Part shown: positions 17,832 to 27,322 of the stretch, piece by piece
Numbering within the stretch: position 1 is the first letter of the stretch
Layout of the letters: each line of letters begins with the position of its first letter
Origin: Candidatus Undinarchaeales archaeon
Lineage (GTDB): Archaea > SpSt-1190 > JASMDC01
Reading direction: 5' to 3'
DNA length: 36,920 nt
NCBI GenBank assembly: GCA_030753015.1
Contig: JASMDC010000034.1
Location: forward strand, 240-37,159
Made by a program: the position numbers and the translations under genes
The notes under the pieces: model-generated
The model's input: the letters and a program-made list of their open reading frames with translations, nothing else
Told to the model about the DNA's origin: nothing
Database searches by the model: none

Positions 17832-18629
17832 ATGAAGGACGACGTATCCGATAATGACGGATCGATCCCAAATGGAGGGAGCCCTGAGGCCGTGAGGGGC
17901 TCGCACAAGAAAGAGACTTCCGTCAAACCGCGGACCCCAAAGGCCGTTAGCCCCGGGCCGGGGTATCCTGGAGAGGAGGGAGGATTCTCCAATGATGAAC
18001 GTGCCCTTGCCTTCGAGCTCATCGGCGACCTTGCTGTCGTGGGACGCGCAGGGATTTTCAAACGGTTGGTAGCGGGCGTGATCGATCTAGCCCTCGTGCT
18101 CATATTCATCGTGTGGCCGTGCATGGTCGCTGTAGCGTTCTCCTCGGACATCGACCTGAACGAGGCCGAGAGCTTCGATTACTCGGGCGATGATGCCGAA
18201 CTCTTCATCGAGGAGCACCAGACCCTCTTCAACGCAATACAGCGCTCCCTCATACTCGCAGGAATTCTTGTTATCGTCTACTTCGCGGTCACCGAGGGAA
18301 CATTGGGCCAGAGCATTGGAAAGGCTTTCATGGACATAGGTGTCGTCGCTGAGGACACGTCCTCACTGGGTATCTCTGCAGCATTTGGTCGTAACGTGCT
18401 CAAAGGTGCCCTCCTCGCTACGATGGTGACCATCCTGGCCCCTATCGTCCTTGTGGTGTTCCTCATTGACGTGATATCCATCATTTATGCTGATAAGCAC
18501 CAGCGCTACCTCGAGCGGTTCGTAGGCTCGGTATGCGTCGAGGGCTATGTGCTTGAGCACAGCAAGAAAGGCTCCACCTCATCCGGGAACGGCGAGTTCA
18601 TTACCTTCAAGGGGGTAGACAAGCGATGA
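17832..18629 (+). CDS. RDD family membrane protein
   Basis: KRLVAGVIDL, EGTLGQSIGKAFMDIGVV, FGRNVLK, KHQRYLER; disordered N-terminus. Confidence 0.85.
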   Translation: MKDDVSDNDGSIPNGGSPEAVRGSHKKETSVKPRTPKAVSPGPGYPGEEGGFSNDERALAFELIGDLAVVGRAGIFKRLVAGVIDLALVLIFIVWPCMVAVAFSSDIDLNEAESFDYSGDDAELFIEEHQTLFNAIQRSLILAGILVIVYFAVTEGTLGQSIGKAFMDIGVVAEDTSSLGISAAFGRNVLKGALLATMVTILAPIVLVVFLIDVISIIYADKHQRYLERFVGSVCVEGYVLEHSKKGSTSSGNGEFITFKGVDKR

Positions 18630-19546
18630 ACCTGAAGAATATTGGTATAGGTATCCTCATCCTCATAGGGCTCACCCTCGTGAGCATCATTATGGGAGCT
18701 CTAGTATCGGTGTCCGCCGAGGATGTAGTGGGGGAGGCGATCGGTGTCATACACCTCAATGGTATCATCACGTATGAGGCGTCTGCAGGATTACTTGGAG
18801 GCACCTCTGACATCGATGACGTCATTACGCAGCTCGACAAGGCTCGCAAGGCCGGTAATATCAGGGGAGTGCTTCTGATCATCAATAGTCCCGGCGGAGC
18901 CCCGGTGGCCAGCCATGAGCTCGTTCGGGCCATCGAGCGCGTCAAGGTGCAGAAACCGGTCGTTGCATGGATTGCCGACGTGGGGGCCTCGGGAGCCTAT
19001 TGGGCTGCCTCAGCATGCAATCGGACAGTGGCCGACGAGCTCTCGGTCACAGGTTCTGTCGGCGTTATATCACAGCATATGGATTATGGTGGTCTGTACG
19101 ACAAGCTCGGGATAAACACAACGATCATCAAGGGCGGCCGGTTAAAGGACGCTGGAGCGAGCCACCGTCCCTTGACCGATGAGGAACTAGAGCTCATCCA
19201 AGGTATCGTCAATACGACACATAAAGTTTTCATCCAGGACGTGGTCCGGAACCGGGGCCTCACCGTAGAGCAGGTGCTCGAAGTGTCCACGGGTCGACTC
19301 TTTATTGGTATTCAGGCCAAGGACATCGGTCTTGTGGACGAGCTAGGCGGTAAAGATGACGCCCTCCGTGTTGTGACAGACCTTGCAGGCATCCAATGGC
19401 GCCCACGGACCGTCGAGCTGAAGACCAAGAAGGGATTCCTCGACCTCATGGACGGGCTCACGGCAACCCTTGGCTATGGTATCGGTCGAGGTATGGTCGC
19501 CTCTGCTGAGCAGACGGCGACACAGCAAGTACTCTCTGTGGCATGA
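18626..19546 (+). CDS. sppA: Signal peptide peptidase SppA (S49)
   Basis: INSPGG, KPVVA, GASGAYWAAS, GSVGV, KGGRLKD, GLVDELGG; ATGA overlap with the RDD gene. Confidence 0.92.
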   Translation: MNLKNIGIGILILIGLTLVSIIMGALVSVSAEDVVGEAIGVIHLNGIITYEASAGLLGGTSDIDDVITQLDKARKAGNIRGVLLIINSPGGAPVASHELVRAIERVKVQKPVVAWIADVGASGAYWAASACNRTVADELSVTGSVGVISQHMDYGGLYDKLGINTTIIKGGRLKDAGASHRPLTDEELELIQGIVNTTHKVFIQDVVRNRGLTVEQVLEVSTGRLFIGIQAKDIGLVDELGGKDDALRVVTDLAGIQWRPRTVELKTKKGFLDLMDGLTATLGYGIGRGMVASAEQTATQQVLSVA

Positions 19547-19664
19547 TCTCCCTCATGAGGGTGGAACAGATGAGGTATGAAAGCCTTTAACGAATGACTA
19601 TCGCATGGGCTCCGTTGCCTCTCAGCGACAGATTTATAAGTCAGGCAGGGCACAATCTCACGGC

Positions 19665-20312
19665 ATGGAGCCCCTCCTATTACAAGGACTCCTCTCGATT
19701 GGAATAGTGAGCGGGCTCTTCTACATGTTCTTCCACCGGGATCCGGAACGCATGCCTCCTAGTGAGGACGGTATCATCCTCAGTCCGGCAGACGGTTGGA
19801 TCAAGTGTGTCAAGCCCATCAAGGCCGGAGAGGTTCCGGTCGTGGAGAAGTATGGTCGTGAGATCGAGCTCGTAGATCTTCCGCACATGGGGATCCTCAA
19901 GGAGGGTCAGGGCGGTTTCTTGGTGAGCGTCTACATGTCCCTCATGGACGTCCACGTGAACCGGTCCCCCGTAGGAGGGACTGTCGAGAACATCCAGTAC
20001 CGCCCGGGAAAGCTCAAGCTCCTTATGGGACGCACGTTCCAAGCGGAGAACGAGAGAAACACACTTGTGCTCCAGAATGAGGACACTGACATGAGAGTAG
20101 GAGTTGTCCAGATCGCCTCACCTTTCGTGCGCAAGATAGATTGTTACGTCGCTGACGGTGAGCTCGTCGAGCTTGGTCAGCGCATCGGTATGATCCGGCT
20201 CGGGAGCCAGGTCGATGTGATCCTTCCTGATAAGGAGGGGCTCGAGATTGTTGCCCGCAAGGGGATGCGCGTCCGGGCAGGGACCTCCATCTTGGCAAGG
20301 TTACGACAATGA
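19665..20312 (+). CDS. psd: Phosphatidylserine (archaetidylserine) decarboxylase proenzyme
   Basis: FFHRDPER, LSPADG, DVHVNRSP, ENERN and the RLGSQVD self-cleavage motif; TTTATAAG at 19633-19640 lies 24 nt before ATG 19665. Confidence 0.92.
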   Translation: MEPLLLQGLLSIGIVSGLFYMFFHRDPERMPPSEDGIILSPADGWIKCVKPIKAGEVPVVEKYGREIELVDLPHMGILKEGQGGFLVSVYMSLMDVHVNRSPVGGTVENIQYRPGKLKLLMGRTFQAENERNTLVLQNEDTDMRVGVVQIASPFVRKIDCYVADGELVELGQRIGMIRLGSQVDVILPDKEGLEIVARKGMRVRAGTSILARLRQ

Positions 20313-20908
20313 GCTTCACATTCCTTTGCGAGTGTGCCAGAGACTTCCGTGCCATTGGATCCCCCATACCTACCCTTGGGATGGCCGTCCGACTCATGGT
20401 CCGCCAGGCCGGAGTGAAGGAAGGGGATATCGTGGCCGACGCAGGAGCCGGCACAGGTGTCATCGCAATCGAGGCTGCGCGTAAGGTCGGTCCGTCCGGT
20501 CACGTAATAGCCGTCGAGATGAACGAGAACCTCTGTACCAAAGCACGTAAACGCATCGCGAGCGCGGATCTGGAAAACCGCATTACACTTATCCAGGGTG
20601 ACGCCTTCAAGCTGCGCGAGTACCTCTCGGACTTAGACGAACGAGCCGAGCGGTTCGATTCTGTGCTCTCGACAGTGCCCGTTAGCTACATGCCCGATCC
20701 GACCAGTTATATCAAGAGCCTTTACGACGCGACCAAACCCGGCGGCACTGTCGTCCAGGAAACCCATTTTGCACAGAAGGTACGACACCTATTCCGTGAG
20801 GTCGGTCTCCAGAGTATCCACTCCGCGTTCACGATAATCACCTTCGCTCCCGGAGCAGTGGTCTCAGGTACAGTACCGAAGGAAGATAAGGTGTCCGACC
20901 AACGATGA
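20309..20908 (+). CDS. Class I SAM methyltransferase, PmtA-like (phospholipid N-methyltransferase candidate)
   Basis: DAGAGTG motif I; N-terminal FRAIGSPIPT and FDSVLSTVP resemble rhizobial-type PmtA; ATGA overlaps with both psd and pssA. Confidence 0.75.
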   Translation: MSFTFLCECARDFRAIGSPIPTLGMAVRLMVRQAGVKEGDIVADAGAGTGVIAIEAARKVGPSGHVIAVEMNENLCTKARKRIASADLENRITLIQGDAFKLREYLSDLDERAERFDSVLSTVPVSYMPDPTSYIKSLYDATKPGGTVVQETHFAQKVRHLFREVGLQSIHSAFTIITFAPGAVVSGTVPKEDKVSDQR

Positions 20909-21606
20909 TCCGTGGGATGCTCGCTTTCATTGGAATAAAGGACCTGGTCACAATCTGCAATGCCTTCGCAGGATTCGCCGCAATCGTTGTGGCCGCCAAA
21001 GGGGGGAATCTCCCGCTCGCATGCGGGCTAATCTTCCTTGCAGCGGTTTTCGACTTCCTCGATGGTGCCTTGGCACGCGCAACAGCGCCCAATCCATTTG
21101 GCAAGGAACTTGACTCACTCTGTGATGCCGTCTCCTTCGGATTGGCTCCGGCCGCACTTGTGTTCTTCCAGGGTCCGACCGCACCTCTTTACTATCTTGC
21201 GGCCCCCTTGATCTACCTCGCCGGTGCGATCTTCCGCTTGGCGCGCTTCAATGTCACGACACAGAAGAACTTCACAGGAATACCTTCGCCTGTGGCCGCC
21301 CTCACTGCTACGGCCTTAACGCTTGGTGGTCTTTCGTGGCAGATGCTCCATGGTACACTCATCGTGCTCTCTTTCCTCATGGTCTGCGACATCGAGTACC
21401 GGTCCCAGAAGAGCTTCTCGTCCCGTCAGATCCTCCTCATCGCCATCCTTGGAGTATCGGTCTACCTTGCAATAGGCTCCTTGGGTGGTAACGTCCTTGG
21501 GACCGCAGGATCAGCAGTGGGCGTCGGCTACATACTCTCCCCTCTCGTGCTGGGTGGGAAAAAACCTGATTCTGAAGAAGAGGGCAACGACACCGACGAT
21601 GATTGA
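20905..21606 (+). CDS. pssA: CDP-alcohol phosphatidyltransferase, (archaetidyl)serine synthase
   Basis: DFLDGALAR...FGKELDSLCDAVSFGLAP, FRLARFN, FTGIPSP. Confidence 0.9.
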   Translation: MIRGMLAFIGIKDLVTICNAFAGFAAIVVAAKGGNLPLACGLIFLAAVFDFLDGALARATAPNPFGKELDSLCDAVSFGLAPAALVFFQGPTAPLYYLAAPLIYLAGAIFRLARFNVTTQKNFTGIPSPVAALTATALTLGGLSWQMLHGTLIVLSFLMVCDIEYRSQKSFSSRQILLIAILGVSVYLAIGSLGGNVLGTAGSAVGVGYILSPLVLGGKKPDSEEEGNDTDDD

Positions 21607-21657
21607 GCTCTCGGCTACGAGCATCAATTTATATTGATTAATGGCCAAGGCATCGAT

Positions 21658-22335
21658 ATGGGCCATGGTATGGGTCTAACAGATGAGATGCGCTATCTAC
21701 TACTAGTCTCTCTCTTCGGTTTCTCCGGTGTCATCCTTACATGGGCCCTGAACATAGTGTTCGTGTACCTGGCCAACGAGATCGTTGTTTCGTTGGGTGC
21801 TGTGGGGCGGCTCATCCCGGGACTTGCTGACCATCTGGTGACCTTGGTATCTGGTTCGCTGTGGGGATTCTTCCTGTTCCTCGGTGTTTCCCAGGCTCGA
21901 GGTAAACGACAGAAGACGCACTCCTCCCAATTTACCTTGTGCTCCCTCTCCTTGGGATTCTCTCTTCTGGGCGCGAGCGCTATAATCGAACTCCTTGCAA
22001 TGATACTCCCTGGACTCGTTGATGTCGTCGGCCATATCCTACATGGAGCGCTCCTCGGCTGTCTTTATGGTGCCTTCCTGGCCCAGATCCTGCGCCTTAA
22101 TGTCTGGCATATGTTCGTCCCTCTCCTCAGTGTCGGTGGTGCGGTCGGCGCCTTGGCAGTAAATGTTCTCCAGGATGTTCCAATGAGTTCCCAAGGCACT
22201 GTCGAAATGTATATCGCGCAGTACGCCTTTACGTCCCAAGGATTCGTGCTCGGCCTGTTCGCGGGATACGCATTCTTCCTCTGCGACATGCACATAGGGA
22301 TATTGCGCCATGCTCGGTGGATGCCCGAGGACTAG
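21658..22335 (+). CDS. Polytopic membrane protein of unknown function
   Basis: About 6 hydrophobic helices; TTTATATT at 21628-21635 points to ATG 21658. Confidence 0.7.
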   Translation: MGHGMGLTDEMRYLLLVSLFGFSGVILTWALNIVFVYLANEIVVSLGAVGRLIPGLADHLVTLVSGSLWGFFLFLGVSQARGKRQKTHSSQFTLCSLSLGFSLLGASAIIELLAMILPGLVDVVGHILHGALLGCLYGAFLAQILRLNVWHMFVPLLSVGGAVGALAVNVLQDVPMSSQGTVEMYIAQYAFTSQGFVLGLFAGYAFFLCDMHIGILRHARWMPED

Positions 22336-23663
22336 CTGTATTCTGTGGGTTCTTTCTCCCTTAAGCGTGCGACCTCTTTCCTGAGGCGGTGGACGATCTC
22401 ACGGTCAGGGAGCAGACCACCGGGTGCAGACAGAGGTGCCCGCATGCGTACAGGTACACCATCCATCCGGTATGCTGTCCCCTCGGACTCAATTCCTGTG
22501 AAAGTGCAGGGAATGTACACGTCCGCGAGCTCGGACGTGACGTTCCATACCGGATCGATAACGATGACGGGGATTCGTCGTAGGGCGCCGAGGGACTTGA
22601 GCGGTAAGTGAGCAGCCGGGTCCGAAGCTACCACTAGGAGACAGTCGCACTCCCCCGAGGAGAGGACAGGGAACAGGTCCGTCTCACCCGGATTATAGCG
22701 GGGGTGGCCGCGGGAGAGGTCAACGGCGAAAGGGTAGCCCGTTCGCCAAGTGAACGCCTCACATGCACCCGTGACGTTATAATGGCCTCGCATGGGGAGG
22801 ACCACAGCCTTCGTGTGTTCACTCAGGTCCCTGATGAGGGAGAGGAGGGCGTCAACGTTACGATGACGGCCGGTCGATGTCGTCAGTCCCAATCCGAAGA
22901 AGAAGGCACAGAACTCACTGCTCTTGAGCGTGTCGGAGAGCCAGCGGAGCTCATCCAGGGGAACACCTTCGATGGGATCCGGAACGTCCTTTCCTTGTAC
23001 TAGCATACGTAGAGCGCATAGAGTCTCGTAATCGCTCCCAGGTCGGACCTTGATGAACTTGTCCGCTACTTCAGCCGTACCAGTGGGGCGGACGTCGACC
23101 ACGACCACCTTTCGATCGTCCCGGCCCTTTTCACGGAAAGCACCCTGCGGGAAGACGGTGTAGCGGCTCAAGTGCCGGTCATGGGATGCGGCGGGATTCG
23201 AGCCCCAGTATACCACACAGTCCGCGTGGTTGAGCACCTCGCCAAGTGTCGCGGAGGATATTCCCACTTCCTGGATGGCCTGGATGGAGGGTCCGTGGCA
23301 GAAGGATGAGCAATTGTCGACCAGGGCGCCCAATTCCTCAGCGAGATCAAGCCCCTCGCATATGGTCTCAGTACTTGTTGAGCTCCAGCCGAACAGGACT
23401 GGACGCTCTGCCTTCTCAAGGAGCATTGCCGCTTGTGTCAGGGATTCATCCAGTGTGGCATCGTGGAAGTGGTCAGCCCGGACATCCTTCAAATCTCCGC
23501 TCTTTACCCTGATTCTGGGGACGAGCTCTCGAGATGTTGGCCTGGAGAAGACGTGATCGCCGACCTTGCAGGCATTGCAGACCTCCGTTATCATGTTCCC
23601 CGAAGTACGCACTTCTATGTCGTCACAGAGGCATCCGCAGTAGGGACACACGACATCCTTCAC
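22332..23663 (-). CDS. fwdB: Formylmethanofuran dehydrogenase subunit B (Cys form)
   Basis: CPYCGCLCDDI...C Fe-S motif, FCHGPS metal ligand, YWGSNP...H.RHLSRY, PMRGHYNV, GYPFAVD, RYNPGE, AYRMDGVP. Confidence 0.93.
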   Translation of the reverse strand: MKDVVCPYCGCLCDDIEVRTSGNMITEVCNACKVGDHVFSRPTSRELVPRIRVKSGDLKDVRADHFHDATLDESLTQAAMLLEKAERPVLFGWSSTSTETICEGLDLAEELGALVDNCSSFCHGPSIQAIQEVGISSATLGEVLNHADCVVYWGSNPAASHDRHLSRYTVFPQGAFREKGRDDRKVVVVDVRPTGTAEVADKFIKVRPGSDYETLCALRMLVQGKDVPDPIEGVPLDELRWLSDTLKSSEFCAFFFGLGLTTSTGRHRNVDALLSLIRDLSEHTKAVVLPMRGHYNVTGACEAFTWRTGYPFAVDLSRGHPRYNPGETDLFPVLSSGECDCLLVVASDPAAHLPLKSLGALRRIPVIVIDPVWNVTSELADVYIPCTFTGIESEGTAYRMDGVPVRMRAPLSAPGGLLPDREIVHRLRKEVARLREKEPTEYS

Positions 23664-24055
23664 GGCACTGCCCTCCTGAGAAGTTCGCGCACATCCTCGA
23701 CATCCTCACCGGGCGCTCGTGAGACTTTGGCTTCCAAACCTTTGAGGCCAGGCAATCCTGAGCCTTCGCACGCGGCGGTGCTCACGGCACTGGCCCATGG
23801 CCCGAGAGGTATCAGTACAAGTCCCTTAATACCCTCGAGGCCTGCCAGGACCCGGACGACGACCGAGCCACCATCGGTTGTGACGCGGACGGTATCCCCT
23901 TCAGCAACGCTCAACGAATGCATGTCCGATGGAGAAAGGGAGCAAACACCCACATTCTCGCGGTATTCGGCGTGGAGTTTCTTGTGGATCGTTATTCCCT
24001 GGCCCACGGTGCGCATGGTGACCAGGGTGAGCGTTAGCTCCTTAGAGCGTCCCAT
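23660..24055 (-). CDS. fwdD: Formylmethanofuran dehydrogenase subunit D
   Basis: TMRTVGQG, DTVRVTTDGGSVVV, IPLGPWASAV, GLPGLKG; overlaps the fwdB GTG start; TTTTAAAA box and AGGAGG upstream (track start 24070). Confidence 0.88.
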   Translation of the reverse strand: MGRSKELTLTLVTMRTVGQGITIHKKLHAEYRENVGVCSLSPSDMHSLSVAEGDTVRVTTDGGSVVVRVLAGLEGIKGLVLIPLGPWASAVSTAACEGSGLPGLKGLEAKVSRAPGEDVEDVRELLRRAVP

Positions 24056-24112
24056 GGGTACGGTCCCCACTAGGCCTCCTTTTTTTTAAAACCAGCCCTT
24101 TAACGGACCAGC

Positions 24113-24412
24113 TCACTCCTTCTTTTTCACCACGACCTCGAACTGGCCATCCCAGCCGGTCCCTTGGACCTTAAGGCCGTCCTCGTTCGCCTTGTCCAGG
24201 AACTCACGCAGAGGCTCGAGCATGTCGACCAAGAAGCCAACCTGAGCATTCACAGTAACACCCTCACGTCGGATACCGTGCATAGCGCAGATGAGCGCAT
24301 GCATATCGTTCGCGGGATCAGCATTGCATTCGACGCCCTCTTTGTAGCCCAGCATCTTTCCTAGCGGACAGATATCGCATCGTGTGAAAGACTTGACGTT
24401 GTCGAAACCCAT
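24113..24412 (-). CDS. Small Cys-rich hypothetical protein
   Basis: CDIC...C...CAMH; AGGTGA RBS just after the M42 gene points to ATG 24412 (track start 24421). Confidence 0.7.
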   Translation of the reverse strand: MGFDNVKSFTRCDICPLGKMLGYKEGVECNADPANDMHALICAMHGIRREGVTVNAQVGFLVDMLEPLREFLDKANEDGLKVQGTGWDGQFEVVVKKKE

Positions 24413-24432
24413 GAGCATCACCTATTGGCCCC

Positions 24433-25497
24433 TCACAGGGCCCTAATGAATCCCTCCAGGAGGCGTAGGGATGCCTCCAGGTCCTTGAGAGAGAATATCT
24501 CCGCCGTGGAGTGGATGTATCGTGTAGGCACACCTACGGCACCGCTCATCACTCCCCGTCTGACGGACTGGATGGCGGCCGCGTCGGTTGTCGAGCCTTC
24601 AGCGATCTCGTACTGGATGGGGATCTTCCCCTCTGCAGCCGCGTCCTGGAGCGCCTTGAGCACCCGTTCGTGGACGATGAGCCCCCAATCGGCGATGACG
24701 ATTGCAGGACCCTTTCCAAGTTCGATCTTGGGTTGTCCCTCGGGCACACCTGGGAAATCCGTTGCGATCGAGACCTCGAGAGCAAGAGCGGCATCAGGCT
24801 GGACCGCGTACGCCGCGGTGGCTGCACCCACGGTACCGAACTCCTCTTGGACCGTACCAGCAAGGTATACCGTATTCTTAGGTCGGTTATCATGAAGGTG
24901 GCGGGCCAGGAACACGAGCATGAGACAACCTACACGGTCATCAGCCGCGGATATCATCACACGGTCCTTCCCGAGCATCCTGACACCCTTTTCGAAGACG
25001 ATGAAGTCTCCTGGCGAGATCCCAAGGGCGAGTGTCTCATCCTTGGTCGACGTTCCGACATCAAGGAAGAGATCGTTGATCTTGAGCTTCTTCACATCCT
25101 CCTTCTTGCGAAGGTGGGGCGGGAGAGCGCCCATGACACCGTGGAATGCTCCCTTCTCCCTTGTGAGCACCTTGGCTTGCTGACCGAGGACCATGCGCGG
25201 ATCCAGCCCGCTCAGGGTAGTGAACCTGATCTGGCCTGTGTCCTCAATGACGGTGGCGAGCATGGCGATCTCGTCCATGTGTGCAGCCATTAGGATGGAG
25301 GTCCCGTTGTCATCAGTGCCCTTGATGATGCCCACGACGTTCCCGAGGCGGTCGACCTTGATCTCGTCCACGTACGGTCGCAGGAGCTCTGTGAGGGCCT
25401 CTCTGACCGCACCCTCGCGGGCGGGCGGTCCGTCAGCGAGTGCGAGGTTCTCCAGCACCTCGATGGTCTCTGTCCGGTCAAGCGTGATCTTCTTCAT
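24433..25497 (-). CDS. M42 family aminopeptidase (TET/Frv-like)
   Basis: AAHMDE, ADDRVG, VQEEFG, LGKGP, TTDA, PTRYIHS. Confidence 0.92.
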   Translation of the reverse strand: MKKITLDRTETIEVLENLALADGPPAREGAVREALTELLRPYVDEIKVDRLGNVVGIIKGTDDNGTSILMAAHMDEIAMLATVIEDTGQIRFTTLSGLDPRMVLGQQAKVLTREKGAFHGVMGALPPHLRKKEDVKKLKINDLFLDVGTSTKDETLALGISPGDFIVFEKGVRMLGKDRVMISAADDRVGCLMLVFLARHLHDNRPKNTVYLAGTVQEEFGTVGAATAAYAVQPDAALALEVSIATDFPGVPEGQPKIELGKGPAIVIADWGLIVHERVLKALQDAAAEGKIPIQYEIAEGSTTDAAAIQSVRRGVMSGAVGVPTRYIHSTAEIFSLKDLEASLRLLEGFIRAL

Positions 25498-25509
25498 CGT
25501 ACGGACCTC

Positions 25510-26319
25510 TTAGTCGAAAATGTGTGATATAAAATCGTGGGTGCAGCCGTTACCGGGAGCGTTGAGGAGCTCCGGGACACCATCATCGTTCTTTGGGATC
25601 ATGATGGATGAGGACACTGTGTCGTGGTTCATGAGATTCTCGGGGATGGCGTGGCGGCAGATCGAGTATTCGGAGGGATCGGGATCGTGGTCGCGGTAGA
25701 CCTCCATGATATCCTTGGGAGCCACCTTCTTCTTAGGTGCTAGGAGATCCTGTACTCGCTTCCTTCGCATGTAGGAGCTCGGGTATGAGTAGACATCAGG
25801 ACCGAACTCATCCAGGAAGATGAAATGATTGGTGCGGACTTGGATCCCCTTCGTGATGCGCTGGACCGCGAACTCGGAGTCCGTGCCTTCGATGATCGCA
25901 CCCTCGGTAGCATCTGCCAAGAGCATGCTCCCGCCCATGTACCGTCCGTGCTCGATCTCCTCTGTAACGAACCGGATGGCCTCCTCGACGTTCGCACAGA
26001 GGCCGAGGATGGCTCGACCAAGTACACCACACTTCCGCAGAGTAGCGTCCGCGCCAGGGATAGGTTTCCAATCCTCTTCCCATCCTGGTTTATTGATCTT
26101 GACGAAGAATGTACCCAGGCATAGTCCCTTCTCATTGATCCCCTGGGTGATGATGTCCGGTCGGCTCCTGTGATTGACGCCCATGAAGGAGTAGTCCAAG
26201 CGGTCCTTGACGACCATCTCCTCCCCGCGAATCTCCCCGCACTCCTTGTCCCTGTTCTTAGCCATGAACACCCGGCCGAAAGAAGAACGGTCAGCGCCGA
26301 TGATAATGCCCGTACACAT
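25510..26319 (-). CDS. Ntn-hydrolase, C45 peptidase/acyltransferase family
   Basis: M-C-T N-terminal nucleophile (start moved to 26319), MAKNRD, GINEKGL, RTNHF, SICRH, TVSS. Confidence 0.85.
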   Translation of the reverse strand: MCTGIIIGADRSSFGRVFMAKNRDKECGEIRGEEMVVKDRLDYSFMGVNHRSRPDIITQGINEKGLCLGTFFVKINKPGWEEDWKPIPGADATLRKCGVLGRAILGLCANVEEAIRFVTEEIEHGRYMGGSMLLADATEGAIIEGTDSEFAVQRITKGIQVRTNHFIFLDEFGPDVYSYPSSYMRRKRVQDLLAPKKKVAPKDIMEVYRDHDPDPSEYSICRHAIPENLMNHDTVSSSIMIPKNDDGVPELLNAPGNGCTHDFISHIFD

Positions 26320-26405
26320 GTGAACCAGCTCAATGACCGCAGTACGCGGTCGTATCGAGAGGTGCGCAACAAACACATAAAAAGCTGTTGGCACCCTTGC
26401 GGTTC

Positions 26406-27302
26406 ATGTCCCTCAATATAGGGCTATTCACACGTAAACTCACATGGGAAAACCAGAAGGTGCTCGTAGCCCTCATCAAGAAGGGATGCGACGTTCTCAC
26501 GATATCTCCCGAGGAGATCCGTTTCGAGATCTCTGACGGGATAAAAGCAAGGCTCGAAGACTATGATTTGACACATCTCAGTGGTGTGTATAATCGTTTG
26601 GACGTCACTCCCGACCTCGGTATGCCCTACCATGCATTCCAGGCGATCAAGTACATCGACAAGGCCGGTGTGCCCATCGTCAACAGCCCAGCATCTATCG
26701 CGAGAGCTCATAACAAGTTCAACACGTTTGCGGCTCTCATGGATGGGGGGATTAGGCTCCCGCGCACCATTCTTGCCCAGGACGTTGTACAGGCCGAGTC
26801 CATCCTTAACCGGAGTGATCTCCCACTTGTCATCAAGCCTGTGTTCGGTTCGTGGGGTCGCGATGCATTCCTGGTAAATGATCTGGAGGAGGGCCACTAC
26901 ATCCTTGAGAACCTCTCTGAACGTGGTTGGTTCCATGAATCAGGTATCCTCATCCAACGGTACATCGACAATCCAGGTAGAGACATCAGAGCTCTTGTCG
27001 TGGAGGATCGTGTCGTCGCTGCTATGTACCGGTACGCGCCTCGAGGTGAGTGGCGTACCAACATCTCTCTCGGTGGCCGTGGAGAGCCTTGCAAGATAAC
27101 GCCTGAGATTGAGGAACTAGCCGTCCGCTCCCTCGAGCTCTTGGGTGGTGAGATCATGGGCGTCGACCTCATGGAGAGCAAGGAAGGGCTCTTTGTCCTC
27201 GAGGTGAACGGTTCCGCTGACTTCCGTGGCCTTACGCGGGCCACGGGTGTAGATGTAAAGGAGATCATCGCCGACTACCTGATCAAGACTTTTAAACGAT
27301 GA
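26406..27302 (+). CDS. RimK/LysX family ATP-grasp ligase
   Basis: NKF, KPVFGSWGR, QRYIDNPGRDIR, WRTNISLGG, GVDL, LEVN. Confidence 0.9.
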   Translation: MSLNIGLFTRKLTWENQKVLVALIKKGCDVLTISPEEIRFEISDGIKARLEDYDLTHLSGVYNRLDVTPDLGMPYHAFQAIKYIDKAGVPIVNSPASIARAHNKFNTFAALMDGGIRLPRTILAQDVVQAESILNRSDLPLVIKPVFGSWGRDAFLVNDLEEGHYILENLSERGWFHESGILIQRYIDNPGRDIRALVVEDRVVAAMYRYAPRGEWRTNISLGGRGEPCKITPEIEELAVRSLELLGGEIMGVDLMESKEGLFVLEVNGSADFRGLTRATGVDVKEIIADYLIKTFKR

Positions 27303-27322
27303 TTCGTCTTTGATATCAGTTA

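Noticed and set aside
22332-23663. Selenocysteine form of FwdB
   Set aside because: The ligand codon is Cys (FCHGP) and the ORF has no in-frame TGA.
24080-24087. Poly-T tract as a plus-strand terminator
   Set aside because: The flanking genes are on the minus strand, where it reads as part of TTTTAAAAAAAAGGAGG, more consistent with the fwdD promoter/RBS region.
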